Under the pieces are notes generated by a model. It was not told where the DNA came from. It made no database searches and worked only from the letters and a program-made list of their open reading frames with translations. From Octopus vulgaris (taxonomy: Eukaryota): DNA of 64,000 nucleotides. Positions 39,542-50,341 of this stretch are shown in pieces. The position numbers and the translations under genes are program-made. Within the stretch, counting starts at the first letter, position 1; every line of letters starts with the position of its first letter. Location of the stretch: assembly GCA_951406725.2 (NCBI GenBank), contig OX597822.1:81778001-81842000 (forward strand), written 5' to 3'.

Positions 39542-40361
39542 TAGGTTCAGCTATGAGAATGAGGTCATTAGCCTAAAGGACTTACCCTTGTCAACCAAGT
39601 TTAAACTCTTCTATCATGGCTTGGATAACAGTAATAAACAGGAGGGCCTAAGTGCTGAACCCTGATGGACACCTTGCAAGTTGAATTCCTTGTTGAACTT
39701 ATTACTAAATCTCATCTTGCTGACACCTCTGTACATGCCTTGCACATCATTCACAAGATATTCACTTCCACCATTCTTGTTTCAAAAACTTCTGGATCCA
39801 GTTTACTGCAGAATCCCATTTCTATCTCAGCCACAAAACAATAAGCACGAACTGAAAAAAACAGAGTTTGTTTTTGGCTTTTAGGTTTCCAAATAACTAT
39901 TAATAAAAGGAAGTAAACTTTATTACAAAATGGCTGTTGAGTCATGGTTGTAAAGTTAAACAAAAATCAAGCAAATAAACATTGGGAGCATATCACTGAC
40001 AGTGTTAATGGGGGAAACTTGACCTTGGTATTTTTACCAAATTATGGTAATCTGAGGTCAGATTCTTTACAAGTATCCTCTCTTGGGGTAACATTACTGG
40101 ATAACAGGGTGGGATTGTAAAGAATCTGTTCTCTCAGAAAACTAAAACTTGTTATTCTTTACTTGTACATTACGGTTTACTTTGTTTATGTGTTCAAATA
40201 TAACAGCAAAACAATCCAGTTTCGCAGACAACTTACCATTAGTGAATCATCACCATCATTCTCATCATCATCATCATCATCATCATCAACATCTTGGACA
40301 TTGCTGTCGAGTTCTGGGATTCATAGGGCCACTTGCCTGGTTTTCATGGCATAATATAAGT

Positions 40362-40617
40362 CAGTGGTTCCCAAAGTGGGCGATATTGCCCCCTGGGGGC
40401 AGTGGAAAGTTCCAAGGGGGTGTTGAAGGGGAGCAATAACGGGGTAGTGATTCATGTAAAAACAACAAAATAATGGGTTTATTAGGTTAAGTTTTATTTG
40501 TGAAATACAGTTGCTTTGAATTTGCTTCAGAAAGAGGTTTATGGTTGTGATGGGGGCGCTAGGAATGTGGCCTGGGTGTCAAAGGAGCGGCAGCCTGAAA
40601 AAGTTTGGGAACCACTG
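40362..40617. mobile_element. hAT (Charlie-like) MITE
   Basis: TIRs CAGTGGTTCCCAAA / TTTGGGAACCACTG, with an 8-bp duplication ATATAAGT / ATACAAGT. Confidence 0.88.
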
Positions 40618-41399
40618 ATACAAGTCACAAAGATTACAACATTCCCCATGGATTGGAGTAACATGAAATGAAGTTGTTTTGCTCAAAAACACAGCACACT
40701 GCCCAGTCCAGGAACTGAAACTACAATCATACAATTGTGAATGCAATGCCCCAACCACTTAGCCATGCATCTTTATTAATGACTATTTTCTTTCGTTCTC
40801 ATTGATGTAAAAGACAATCAACATCATCGTCGTTTAACATCCATTTGCCATGCTGGCATGGGTTGGATAATTTGACTGAGGACTGGTATGCTGAGAAGCT
40901 GCACCAGGCACCAATCTGATCTGGTAATGTTTCTACAGCTGGATGTCCTTCCTAACGCTAACCACTCTGAAAGTGTAGTAGGTGCTTTTTATGTGCCATC
41001 GACACAGAAACCAGTCAGGTGGCACTGGCATTGGCCATGTTCAGATGATGTTTTTTTATGTGCTACCTGCACAGGAGCTAGCTGGGGCAGGAAGGCTGGC
41101 ATCGATAATGTTTGGATGGTGCTTTTTACATGCCACCAGCAGAGGGAGCCAGCCAGGCGGTACTGGCAATGACCCACACATGAATAGTGCGTATTGCATG
41201 GCACCAGCATGAGAGCCAGTCAGGTGGTACTGGCATCAGCCACAACTACAATTTCCATTTGATTTTTGATTTCACTTGATTCATTAGGTCTCCTCAAGCA
41301 CGGCTTATCACCCGATACCTTTTTCTTTTTAATTTTTATAATGTTGATGTACACAGGACAGGTCTTTCCTTCACAATATCCACATCATATAAGTGTGAT

Positions 41400-41740
41400 A
41401 TAAGAGGGATATGATGTCAACATCCACAGACTTGCACAACTGTGTTAAGTTCCAAGTTTTCAGGGACTTTCTTGTTGTAGATCTTTTAAACAACATTAAG
41501 AACTGCTTTGATTTTTATCACTGAAAGGGTCTTGATCATGGCAGTTTCATGGGGAATAAAACAATAAGTTGTAACTATTTCTGGCTTCATGTTTCCAGCC
41601 AACATTACAAAACCCTTGAGGGTAACCATACTTGTATGATTTTTCTCAAGAGTCTCGTAATGCCCTACTTGTAGCATTATCAGTGTAAATTCCAACACAG
41701 TTATTCCAAGATATTTCTGGGGCTGTGAAGTACAAGCTTA
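41400..41740 (-). pseudogene. Decayed hAT (Buster/Charlie-type) transposase fragment
   Basis: Minus strand ISWNNCVGIYTDNA...GFVMLAGNMKPEIVTTYCFIPHETAMIKTLS...AVLNVV resembles W..CVGICTDGA...G.......P.I..THC.IHRE.L..K.L. Confidence 0.7.
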
Positions 41741-42019
41741 GAGTTACAAAAATATCTTTTATCAGTGCCAGTTGCATTAAGCTCCTTTAGGAAAGAAACT
41801 TGTTAGGATATATAATCTTTCTGAGTAAACATAACAAACCTCGTTAAGTGACATTTCCCTGTTATGCCTGCTTTTCCACCATCGTCTTGTAGGGTACCTT
41901 TTATCTTGTACCTTAGTTATTACAATCATTGGACTGCAGCCATGCTAAAGCTCTGCCTTGAAGGGGTTTTTCAGTGGAACAAATGGACCCAGTAATTATG
42001 TTTTAAGTCTGGTATCTGT

Positions 42020-42465
42020 TGTGTCAAGCATGAAGAGTTGGTGAGAATGTTGGAAGAACTCGAGATTGATGGGAAAGATCTAAGAATGATTTGAAATTTG
42101 TATTGGGGCCAGAAAGCAGCCATCAGAGTGCATGGAGAATTGGGCAACTGGACTGACATTCAGAAAGGCATCTGGCAGGGTTGTATTTTATCACCTGATT
42201 TATTCAACTTGTATAGTGAGAAAGCTCTAAGCAAGATCAAGATAATCGCAGGGCTACAACTGAAGGAAAGGAATTATAACAATTTGAGGTACGCTAATGA
42301 TACGGCTTTGTTTGTGGACACAGAAGAGAAGCTACAGGGATTGATTAATATCATGACTGAGGAGAGTGGAAAGCTTGGATTGACGATTAACTGCCAGAAA
42401 ACCTTCTCAGTGGTCTGTACCGAGAAAGCACAAGTACCCGCATGTCGCTTGACGGTGAATGAAAC
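42020..42465 (+). pseudogene. RTE/BovB-like reverse transcriptase fragment
   Basis: KHEELVRMLEELEIDGKDLRMI*NLYWGQKAAIRV...KGIWQGCILSPDLFNLYSE...NNLRYANDTAL...GLTINCQKT. The catalytic YADD is mutated to YAND and there is an in-frame stop. Confidence 0.9.
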
Positions 42466-43073
42466 TTTGCCTTTCATCCTCTCACTGCCTAGAGCAGAAA
42501 AGACTGTGAGTGAAGACATTTGCTGAGGGTTCTGTGTAGTGAGATGGAACTTGAAGCCACATAGCTGCAAACTGAACTATTTAATTACATACCTTTAGGT
42601 GTGCTTACACACACACACACACACTCACACACACACACACACACACACTGGGCTTTTGCACAGCTTCCATCTGTCAAATTCTTTTCCCAAGGTATTGGTT
42701 AACCCAAGACTGTAGTAGACGATACTTAAGACACTTGCTAAAGCTGTCAAACCAGGAGCTATATGGTTGTTAAGCAAGTTTCTTAACCACAAAGCTATGC
42801 ATGCATCTCTGTATACAGAATGAAAAGGGATACCGGAAATAATGTAAAAATACTTGAATATAAACCTTATGATGATTATGTAAGAGCTGTTTTGTCACAG
42901 GTTTTGAGAGATGATTTTTGTAAAATAATTTTCATAAAATTCTTTTTGTAAAACAGTCTTCCATTGGTGATTGACAGATTTAACCCATCTGTAATTAGAA
43001 TTCCTTCTAGAGCAAATAATTTTCTTGTCTACACTCAGACACAAGTTCAGACTTCTTATTTGTTAGGGAGTAA

Positions 43074-43544
43074 TCTATATATATATAACTCAACTTGTGT
43101 GTCTGTGTGTTTAACTTCCCGGCACATCTCCTCCTAGCCAACTAATCATAGAACCACCAAAAATGGGTCACTTAAAGTTTAGGCAAATGAAAATTGAACT
43201 GCGCTATTTCTGTTCCGAAATTCATCTCGCAAGTGCAAAAATCGATAATGTGTCCCATGCATTGAATAGTGAACTTTACTCAGTCAGCTGTTTGATGTGA
43301 ACTGTGTTCACCACGCGTGCAAGCATGCATAAATTGCATGAAAAATAAAAAAATCAAGATATAAAAACGAATCGCCGTAAACATTGTAGAAATTCGGCAA
43401 GGAAATGAATTTTCGGGATGTAGCCTGGAGGGTTTTTTCGTATTAATCGTTTGGATTTTGTAAACACATACCAATTGTTTTCATAACATTTTTAACGCTT
43501 TGAATTGAATGTGACCATTTTGCAAAGCCGGGCAATACTGCTAG
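43074..43544 (+). mobile_element. Non-autonomous Helitron-like element
   Basis: Starts A|TCTATATATATAT, followed by a TGTCTGTG tract, and ends ...GCAAAGCCGGGCAATACTGCTAG|T. It has the 5' TC and 3' CTAG termini, an AT target and a degenerate subterminal hairpin. Confidence 0.7.
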
Positions 43545-44076
43545 TCTTTTCATAAGATACTGAATTTTTCTGCAATGCAGAGTATGCATCTGTTGGATTC
43601 CTTCATATATGGGGACTGGTCATTTTCGGTGACTCACCAACCTATTTCAATGTTATCTCTTTGTACTTTAAGGTGTCAGACTTAGACAATGACGTTTATG
43701 TATTTTGGATGCTGAAAATAGATTAGATGTTACATAGATATTTTAAAAATTAAATGAATTGAGTGTCAGACTGGTAGTCATATTTTGCGTGTACGTGCAT
43801 GTGTGAGCACATGTATCAGTGTGTGTATATATGTGTGTATGTACATCCTTCATATCTACCATATAACTGCATTTCAATCTTGATAAATTGTAGCTATTTC
43901 CAAGCAGTATCATCCTTATATAAAAACAAATTTTCCAACTAATTTTTAATGTCTGTGTGTGTGTGTGCGTGCGCGTGCACACACACTCAACAAACATAAC
44001 ATAAGGCACACAACAGAATATACTTCAACACACGAACTCACATAAAGAATCTTGCAAACCAAATCCAAAAACGAAA

Positions 44077-44116
<40 letters not shown>

Positions 44117-44126
44117 TATAAAATAT

Positions 44127-44502
44127 GTGGAGGTGCAATGGCCCAATGGTTAGGGCAGCAGACTTGCAGTCATAGGATCACAGTTTCGATTCCCAGACTG
44201 GGTCTTGTGAGTGTTTATTGAGCGAAAACACCTTTAAGCCCCATGAGGCTCTGGCAGAGGGTGGTGGCGAACCCTGCTGTACTCTTTCATCACAACTTCC
44301 TCTCACTCCTTCTTCCTGTTTCTGTTGTAGCTGTATTTCAAAGGAGCCAGTCTTATCACGGTCTGTGTCACACTGAATCTCCCTGAAAACTACGTTAAGG
44401 GTACACCTATCTCTGGAGCACTCAGCCACTTGCACATGAATTTCATGAGCAGGTTGTTTCATTGATCGGATTACTTGTAACCCTTGTTGTAACTGATGGA
44501 GT
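44127..44502 (+). mobile_element. tRNA-derived SINE family S3
   Basis: Head with A-box TGGCCCAATGG and B-box-like GTTTCGATTCC. The body is shared with 23085-23290 and 22050-22160. Confidence 0.75.
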
Positions 44503-45156
44503 TTCATGCTATATATATATATATACTGATCTTTGTTTTTATGTTCTGTTATAATAAAAACAGTTTTACATTAATCTTAAGGGTTACTCCATACTTTTGT
44601 AGAATACAAATTTATTATTATTTAATAAGACTAGCATTGACAGGGACTTCAAAGTTTCATTCAGCTGAGCCATCATTGGACTGTCTGGTAATTGCTTAGC
44701 TGGGCAAAAGTTTGAAGTCACTGTCAATACTATTCTTGCTGAAGAATAACATGTCATTATCATATTCATCATTGTTTAATGTCAGCTTTCCATGCTTTCC
44801 ATGGGTTGGATGGTTTGACTGAGGTCTGGAGAGCCAGTGGCTTCACCAAGCTCCAATCTGATTTGGCAATGTTTCTACAGCTGGATGCCCTTCCCAATGC
44901 CAACCACCCTGAGAGTGTAGTGGGTACTTTTTACATGCCACTAGCACAAGAGCCAGTCAGGTGGCCCGGGCATTGATCGTGTTTGGATAGTGCTTTTTAT
45001 GTGCCACCAGCATGGGAGCCAGTCAGGGGGAACTGGCATTAGCCACGTTTGGATGGTGCTTTATATGTGTGTTTATTTTTATGTCACTCCTCTTCAGGTA
45101 AAAGTATAATATAATATAAGAGAGAGAGAGAAAGAGACATATAAATTTGTACATAT

Positions 45157-45335
45157 TTGGTGCCTTATAATTTAACACACACACTGGTAAAAATTCTATT
45201 TATTTATTTTTTTTTTATTTTTCTAAAACTATTGACAATTTTAGAAAAATAAAAAAAGAAATAAATGGAAATTTTACTGGTGAGTGTGTTAAATTATAAG
45301 GTACCAAAAGAGAATGACTCTCCCCAGACAAAACA
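45157..45335. repeat. Palindromic inverted pair of the 18530-18720 repeat family
   Basis: TTTGGTGCCTTATAATTTAACACAC...TTTTCTAAAA, then ctattgac, then AATTTTAGAAAA...GTGTGTTAAATTATAAGGTACCAAA. A further piece of the family lies at 44008-44080. Confidence 0.75.
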
Positions 45336-45357
45336 GTATATAAATATATATATATAT

Positions 45358-46210
45358 AAGTTCTTTAAAAATTTATCTTAATATTTCTATTCGTTGTTAC
45401 TACGTTTATTCATACATTGTTACGAAAATTTAACCTTTTAAGGCTACTTTCAAGCCTTCGCCATAACTTGATTTATCTTTCTATCTCTCTCTCTACAAAA
45501 TTTAACCTTAGGCTAGGCTACCTCAAGCCGTAATCCCATCTCTTCCCATCTCTTTCCATCTTTCAGCCATTTGGCGGTCTTTTTTCCTCCTCTTACCATT
45601 ACGATTCTACAATTTAAATTCCCAATTCAACTAACTTACTTCTTCAATTTCAACTCCCGACCGATGTCCGCAGCAAGTTCTTTAAAAATTTATCTTAATA
45701 TTTCTATTCGTTGTTACTACGTTTATTCATACATTGTTACGAAAATTTAACCTTTTAAGGCTACTTTCAAGCCTTCGCCATAACTTGATTTATCTTTCTA
45801 TCTCTCTCTCTACAAAATTTAACCTTAGGCTAGGCTACCTCAAGCCGTAATCCCATCTCTTCCCATCTCTTTCCATCTTTCAGCCATTTGGCGGTCTTTT
45901 TTCCTCCTCTTACCATTACGATTCTACAATTTAAATTCCCAATTCAACTAACTTACTTCTTCAATTTCAACTCCCGACCGATGTCCGCAGCAAGTTCTTT
46001 AAAAATTTATCTTAATATTTCTATTCGTTGTTACTACGTTTATTCATACATTGTTACGAAAATTTAACCTTTTAAGGCTACTTTCAAGCCTTCGCCATAA
46101 CTTGATTTATCTTTCTATCTCTCTCTCTACAAAATTTAACCTTAGGCTAGGCTACCTCAAGCCGTAATCCCATCTCTTCCCATCTCTTTCCATCTTTCAG
46201 CCATTGGCGG
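45358..46210. repeat. Tandem repeat, 317-bp unit x about 2.7, nearly identical copies
   Basis: The unit start AAGTTCTTTAAAAATTTATC occurs at 45358, 45675 and 45992. Confidence 0.95.
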
Positions 46211-47178
46211 TGCGCCCGCCCCCCCCCCACCCCCACCACCAATACCGATGAACACTGTTCTCACCCCCACCACCAATACCGGTGAACACTGTTCTCACCG
46301 CCAACACCACCAATACTGGTGAACACTGTTCCTCACCCCCCACCACCAATACCAGTATACCCTGTCCTCACCATCTACACCGGATACGCCTTACTCATCT
46401 ACACCGGGTACGCCCTACTCCCTCCTCCTCCCCCCACTACCCCTTCTCCTCATATGCTTTCACTGTGAAAAGACAAGCTGCTAGCGCCATAGCTCATCAA
46501 CTGCCCACCGATCTTACGCTTCCTCCTGACACTGCTTCATTCCGACTATCCCCCTTTAGCACCCTCCCGCCTCGTAATATCCTACGTTTTTATTTCTTAG
46601 GAACCTACACCAACCCTTCCTGCCATCGTTCCTCCTTACCCCAACCTTCCCCACTGGTTGCTCCCCTATATTACCCACCTCAACTGGACCCCCCTCCCCA
46701 ACTCAACTCTAGAATATCTGTATTCTTTCCTCTACCTAATAACGTTACTCAGTGACGATAACGAATGTCTTTATTTCTTAGGAACCTACACCAACCCTTC
46801 CTTACTCAGTGACGATAAATGCTGTGACTACAAAGACCCGGGCTGCTTTCTGCAGCAATTCCACATAACCCCCTACTCATTCTAAGTACCCCGGATCCCC
46901 AAAGTACCCTGGATCCCCAAAGTACCCCGGACCTCGTTGCCCCCGTGCCGCTGACACGTTAAAATGCTCGAACCGATCGTGACGATGCCGGACCCTCCGG
47001 CCCCTGTGCAGGTGGCACGTAAAAAGCACCCAATCCACTCACGGAGTGGTTGGCGTTAGGAAGGGCATCCAGCCGTAGAAACTCTGCCAGATTCAGACTG
47101 GAGCCTGGTGCGGCCCCTGGCTTCCCAGACCCGGTCAAACCGTCCAACCCGTGCTAGCGCGGAAAGCGGACGTTAAAC

Positions 47179-47214
<36 letters not shown>
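45358..47214 (+). mobile_element. Putative young non-autonomous composite retroelement (317-bp monomers, C-rich VNTRs, RTE 3' tail)
   Basis: Bounded by (TA)n on both sides and CpG-rich throughout. It ends in an undecayed family-R tail with about 12 GAT repeats and has no recognisable ORF. Confidence 0.55.
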
Positions 47215-47782
47215 ATATATTAAAATCAAAATAAACAACAGGATGTCAGTGCCGGACTGACTTGGTGCTTTAACTTAAGTATCTAATTCAACTGAATCTC
47301 AATTATATATATACATAAAAGGATGAAAGGAAGAAAATTTTTTTCCCTTTCATCATTATTAACAATGTGTATTACTATAATAATCCCTAACATATCATCA
47401 AGATTTTCTCCTTATAAGTTAGTGATAAACCAGTGAAATTTTTGGACTATTTAATCTCTAATGAGGATCTGTCATCCTCAAATTGACTATATATATGTAT
47501 GTATGTATAGAGAGTTTGAAGTGGTGTACAGGAGGTGGTCAAAATTTTGGACAATCCTTTATTAGCACTTTCATTTTCTGAACTTGTTAACACAAAATCA
47601 AAATGGTAAAAACAGAACATTTTGTTGTTCATTTATATGAATTGGATGTTTTTCTGCTTTGTTTAGATGAGAAATTTTTTTTTTTTTTTGAAAAAAGCAG
47701 GAGACAGAGAGAGAAAGAAAAAAACAAAGGGGATTGAATAGAGAGAGAGGTTCCAGAACAATATATATATATATATATATAT

Positions 47783-48267
47783 ATCAGAATCGAAATCGAT
47801 CAATGGAATTTGCGGATGTGTTACCAGTGCCGGTGGCATGTCGAAACTCTACTTGTGAAAACCCGTTGAGGCAAGTGAGGATCAGAATCGAAATCGATCA
47901 ATGGAAATTGCAGATGTGTTACCAGTGCCGGTGGCATGTAAGAGAACTTTCCGTTTCGCGACCGTTGCCAGCACCGCCCCGTTTCGTGTCCGTTGCCAGC
48001 CTCGCCTGGCCCTCGTGCCGGTGGCACATAAAAAGCACCATCCGTTCGTGGCCGTTTGCCAGCTCTGTCTGGCACCAGTGCGGGTGGCACGTAAAAAGCA
48101 CCCACTACACTCACGGAGTGGTTGGCGTTAGGAAGGGCATCCAGCCGTAGAAACACTGCCAGATTTGACTGGGCCTGACGAAGCCTTCTGGCTTCACAGA
48201 CCCCAGTAGAACTGTCCAACCCATGCTAGCATGGAAAACGGACGCTAAACGATGATGATGATGATGA
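47783..48267 (+). mobile_element. Young family-R (RTE 3' UTR) insertion with a duplicated 5' segment
   Basis: CpG-rich and flanked by (TA)n on both sides. About 57 bp (ATCAGAATCGAAATCGATC...GGTGGCATGT) occurs at both 47783 and 47881. Confidence 0.8.
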
Positions 48268-48390
48268 TATATATATATATATATTGCCAGATCAGATTGG
48301 AGCCTGGTGCAGCCTTCTGGCTTGCCAGTCCTCTGTCAAACCATCCAACCCATGCCAGCATGGAAAGCGGACGTTTGATGATGATGATAT

Positions 48391-48426
<36 letters not shown>

Positions 48427-48484
48427 CCCTCTGTATTTCATATCTTCTCCACAATAATTAATACTCAAACATTTTCTCGCACCT

Positions 48485-48530
48485 TCTCTGATGAAGGGAT
48501 ATATAAAATATCCTGGAAATAGCTGTAAGA
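48485..48530 (+). ncRNA. Minimal type I hammerhead ribozyme motif
   Basis: TCT-CTGATGA-A-GGGATAT ataaa ATATCCT-G-GAAA-TAGCTG-TA-AGA: canonical core, 6-7 bp stem II, near-palindromic (C/T)AGCTG stem III and a GUA triplet. Confidence 0.65.
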
Positions 48531-48599
48531 CCTTTTCTTGATAAATGTTGTGAAATCTGGGTTTTTTTTCATCTCATTCTGTCAATTTTTATACATACA

Positions 48600-48647
<48 letters not shown>

Positions 48648-49202
48648 AGGACACTAGCCAACAACATCCGCACTGTTAAATTGAACCCCTACACACAAAG
48701 TTCCAAACTGAATGTCTGAACCACACAGCCTTGGCTGCACTCATTTATATATACATATATGCACACACACACATCTATACACCCTCACCACACATACATA
48801 TGTGTGTATATGTATCTATATCTGTAGTTACATACATATATAAACACATACACATGTGCAGCTGTTTTGATTCTTCTTGAGTTTCTTTAGTCACATTCTT
48901 TTTAGTATAAAAATAAAACAACCAAAAAATTAAAAAAGAGCAACAATATCAGTAATGGAGTCACTAAGTCTGTCAGTGATTAGTGAAAGAATACCAAGCT
49001 GAAGTCTTACTACTGACTGTTTTCACTGCAATGATACAGTCCTGTGGACATATCATTGGTAGGTTTACTTTGACTTACTAGACTGGTACTGTTCATGACC
49101 ACTATCACCCAACTAAATTGTTTTAAATCTAAACAAAACATATCAAATGGTATTACTAATAATAATTACAGTAATAATAATAATGATAATAACAATAATA
49201 AT

Positions 49203-49675
49203 TACATTATTTTTATTTTAACGGATATTTGTCCTCATTTTATTTGTTGTCAACACAACATTTCGGCTGATATACCCTTCAGCCTTCATCAAGTGTCTTG
49301 GGGAAATTTCGAACCTGGGTTCTCATTCCTAAGGTATTTTTTTAATGTTGTTGTTGTTCTTCTTCTTATTATTATTATTCAGGTTATTGCCTGGAATCGA
49401 ACTCGGAATCTTGGGCATATGGCATAGTGGTTAAGAGCGCGGGCTACTAACCAATCAATTCCAGGCAGTGACCTGAATAATAATAATAATAATAATAATA
49501 ACAATAACAACAACATCGAAAAATACCTTAGGAATGAGAACCCAGGTTCAAAATTTCCCTAAGACACCTGATAAAGGCTAGAGGGTATATCAGCTGACAC
49601 GTGTTAACAACAAACAAGATGAGGACAAATATCCGTCAAATGTAAATAATTCCTCATCTCTTAAATATAAAACTG
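49203..49675. mobile_element. tRNA-headed, hammerhead-bearing element H as a head-to-head inverted pair
   Basis: The plus copy (49413-49675) has A-box TGGCATAGTGG, a tRNA-like GGGCTACTAACC, (AAT)n and a decayed HHR at about 49563-49606. The minus copy (49203-49414) keeps the B-box GAGTTCGATTCC and an HHR at about 49252-49297. Confidence 0.8.
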
Positions 49676-49929
49676 TATAATAATAATAAAGGGGGTTTTA
49701 TCTTTCTCTTGTTTTTCTTTTTCCTTTACTGCTTTGCAAATTACTTGGTGACTTCTCTCGTGCCACAGGAAAAAGCACTCAGTATGCACAATGAGTGGTT
49801 GGCATTAGGAAGGGCATCCAATGGTAGGCACTGTGTCAATAGCTGACACTAGAGTTCAATGCAGCCTCATGACCCCCTGACTCCTACCAAACCGTCTGAC
49901 CCATACCAACAAAGAAGAGAGACATTAAA

Positions 49930-50341
49930 CGAGCTGGCAGAAACGCTAGCATGCGAGGCGAAATGCTTAGTGGTATTTTGTCTGCCGTTACGTTCTGAGC
50001 TCAAATTTCACCGAAGTCGACTTTGCCTTTCATCTTTTCGGAGTCAATAAATTAAGTACCAGTTACGTACTGGAGTCGATGTAATCGACTTAATCCGTTT
50101 GTCTGTCCTTGTTTGTCCCCTCTGTGTTTAGCCCCTTGTGGATAGTAAAGAAATAGGTATTTCGACAGCTGTTACATTCTGAGCTCAAATTCCACCAAGG
50201 TTGACTTTGCCTTTCATCTTTTCGGGGTTGATTAAATAAGTACCGGTTATGCACTGGGGTCGATGTAATCGACTTAATCCGTTTGTCTGTCCTTGTTTGT
50301 CCCCTCTATGTTTAGCCCCCTGTGGGCAATAAAGAAATAAA
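49930..50341 (+). mobile_element. Tandem dimer of SINE family S2 (L1/Tx1-like tail variant)
   Basis: Two consecutive bodies, each ending TGTTTAGCCCC(T/C)TGTGG...TAAAGAAATA. Confidence 0.8.

Larger units (their letters stand above)
37918..39790 (-). mobile_element. Old RTE LINE remnant (RT, Cys-rich insert, C-terminus and (GAT)n tail), interrupted by three younger insertions
   Basis: Minus strand gives VQGMY...GVHQGSAL/PLLF...*ANDLILIAE...WK*SLES...LNL..TEV...CSIYRRVGA*NFIQCIQC...FVCKC...FC*LGN...WQKFKGL...HGSEAW...RKGTPRKIWDEV, then GCAAGGATGGAGA...AAAATGATGATGATG. Interrupted at 38433-38690, about 39040-39245 and 39314-39541. Confidence 0.8.

Noticed and set aside
48174-48200. CTGACGA followed by the hairpin AGCC-TTCT-GGCT in family-R tails (also at 53225-53250, minus), resembling a hammerhead
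   Set aside because: Stem II is followed by TCAC rather than GAAA, and most copies read CTGGTGCAG, so no catalytic core is conserved.
49413-49475. Possible tRNA genes at SINE heads (also 13126 and 44127)
   Set aside because: No complete cloverleaf or acceptor stem, and each continues into a repeat body, so these are SINE heads.
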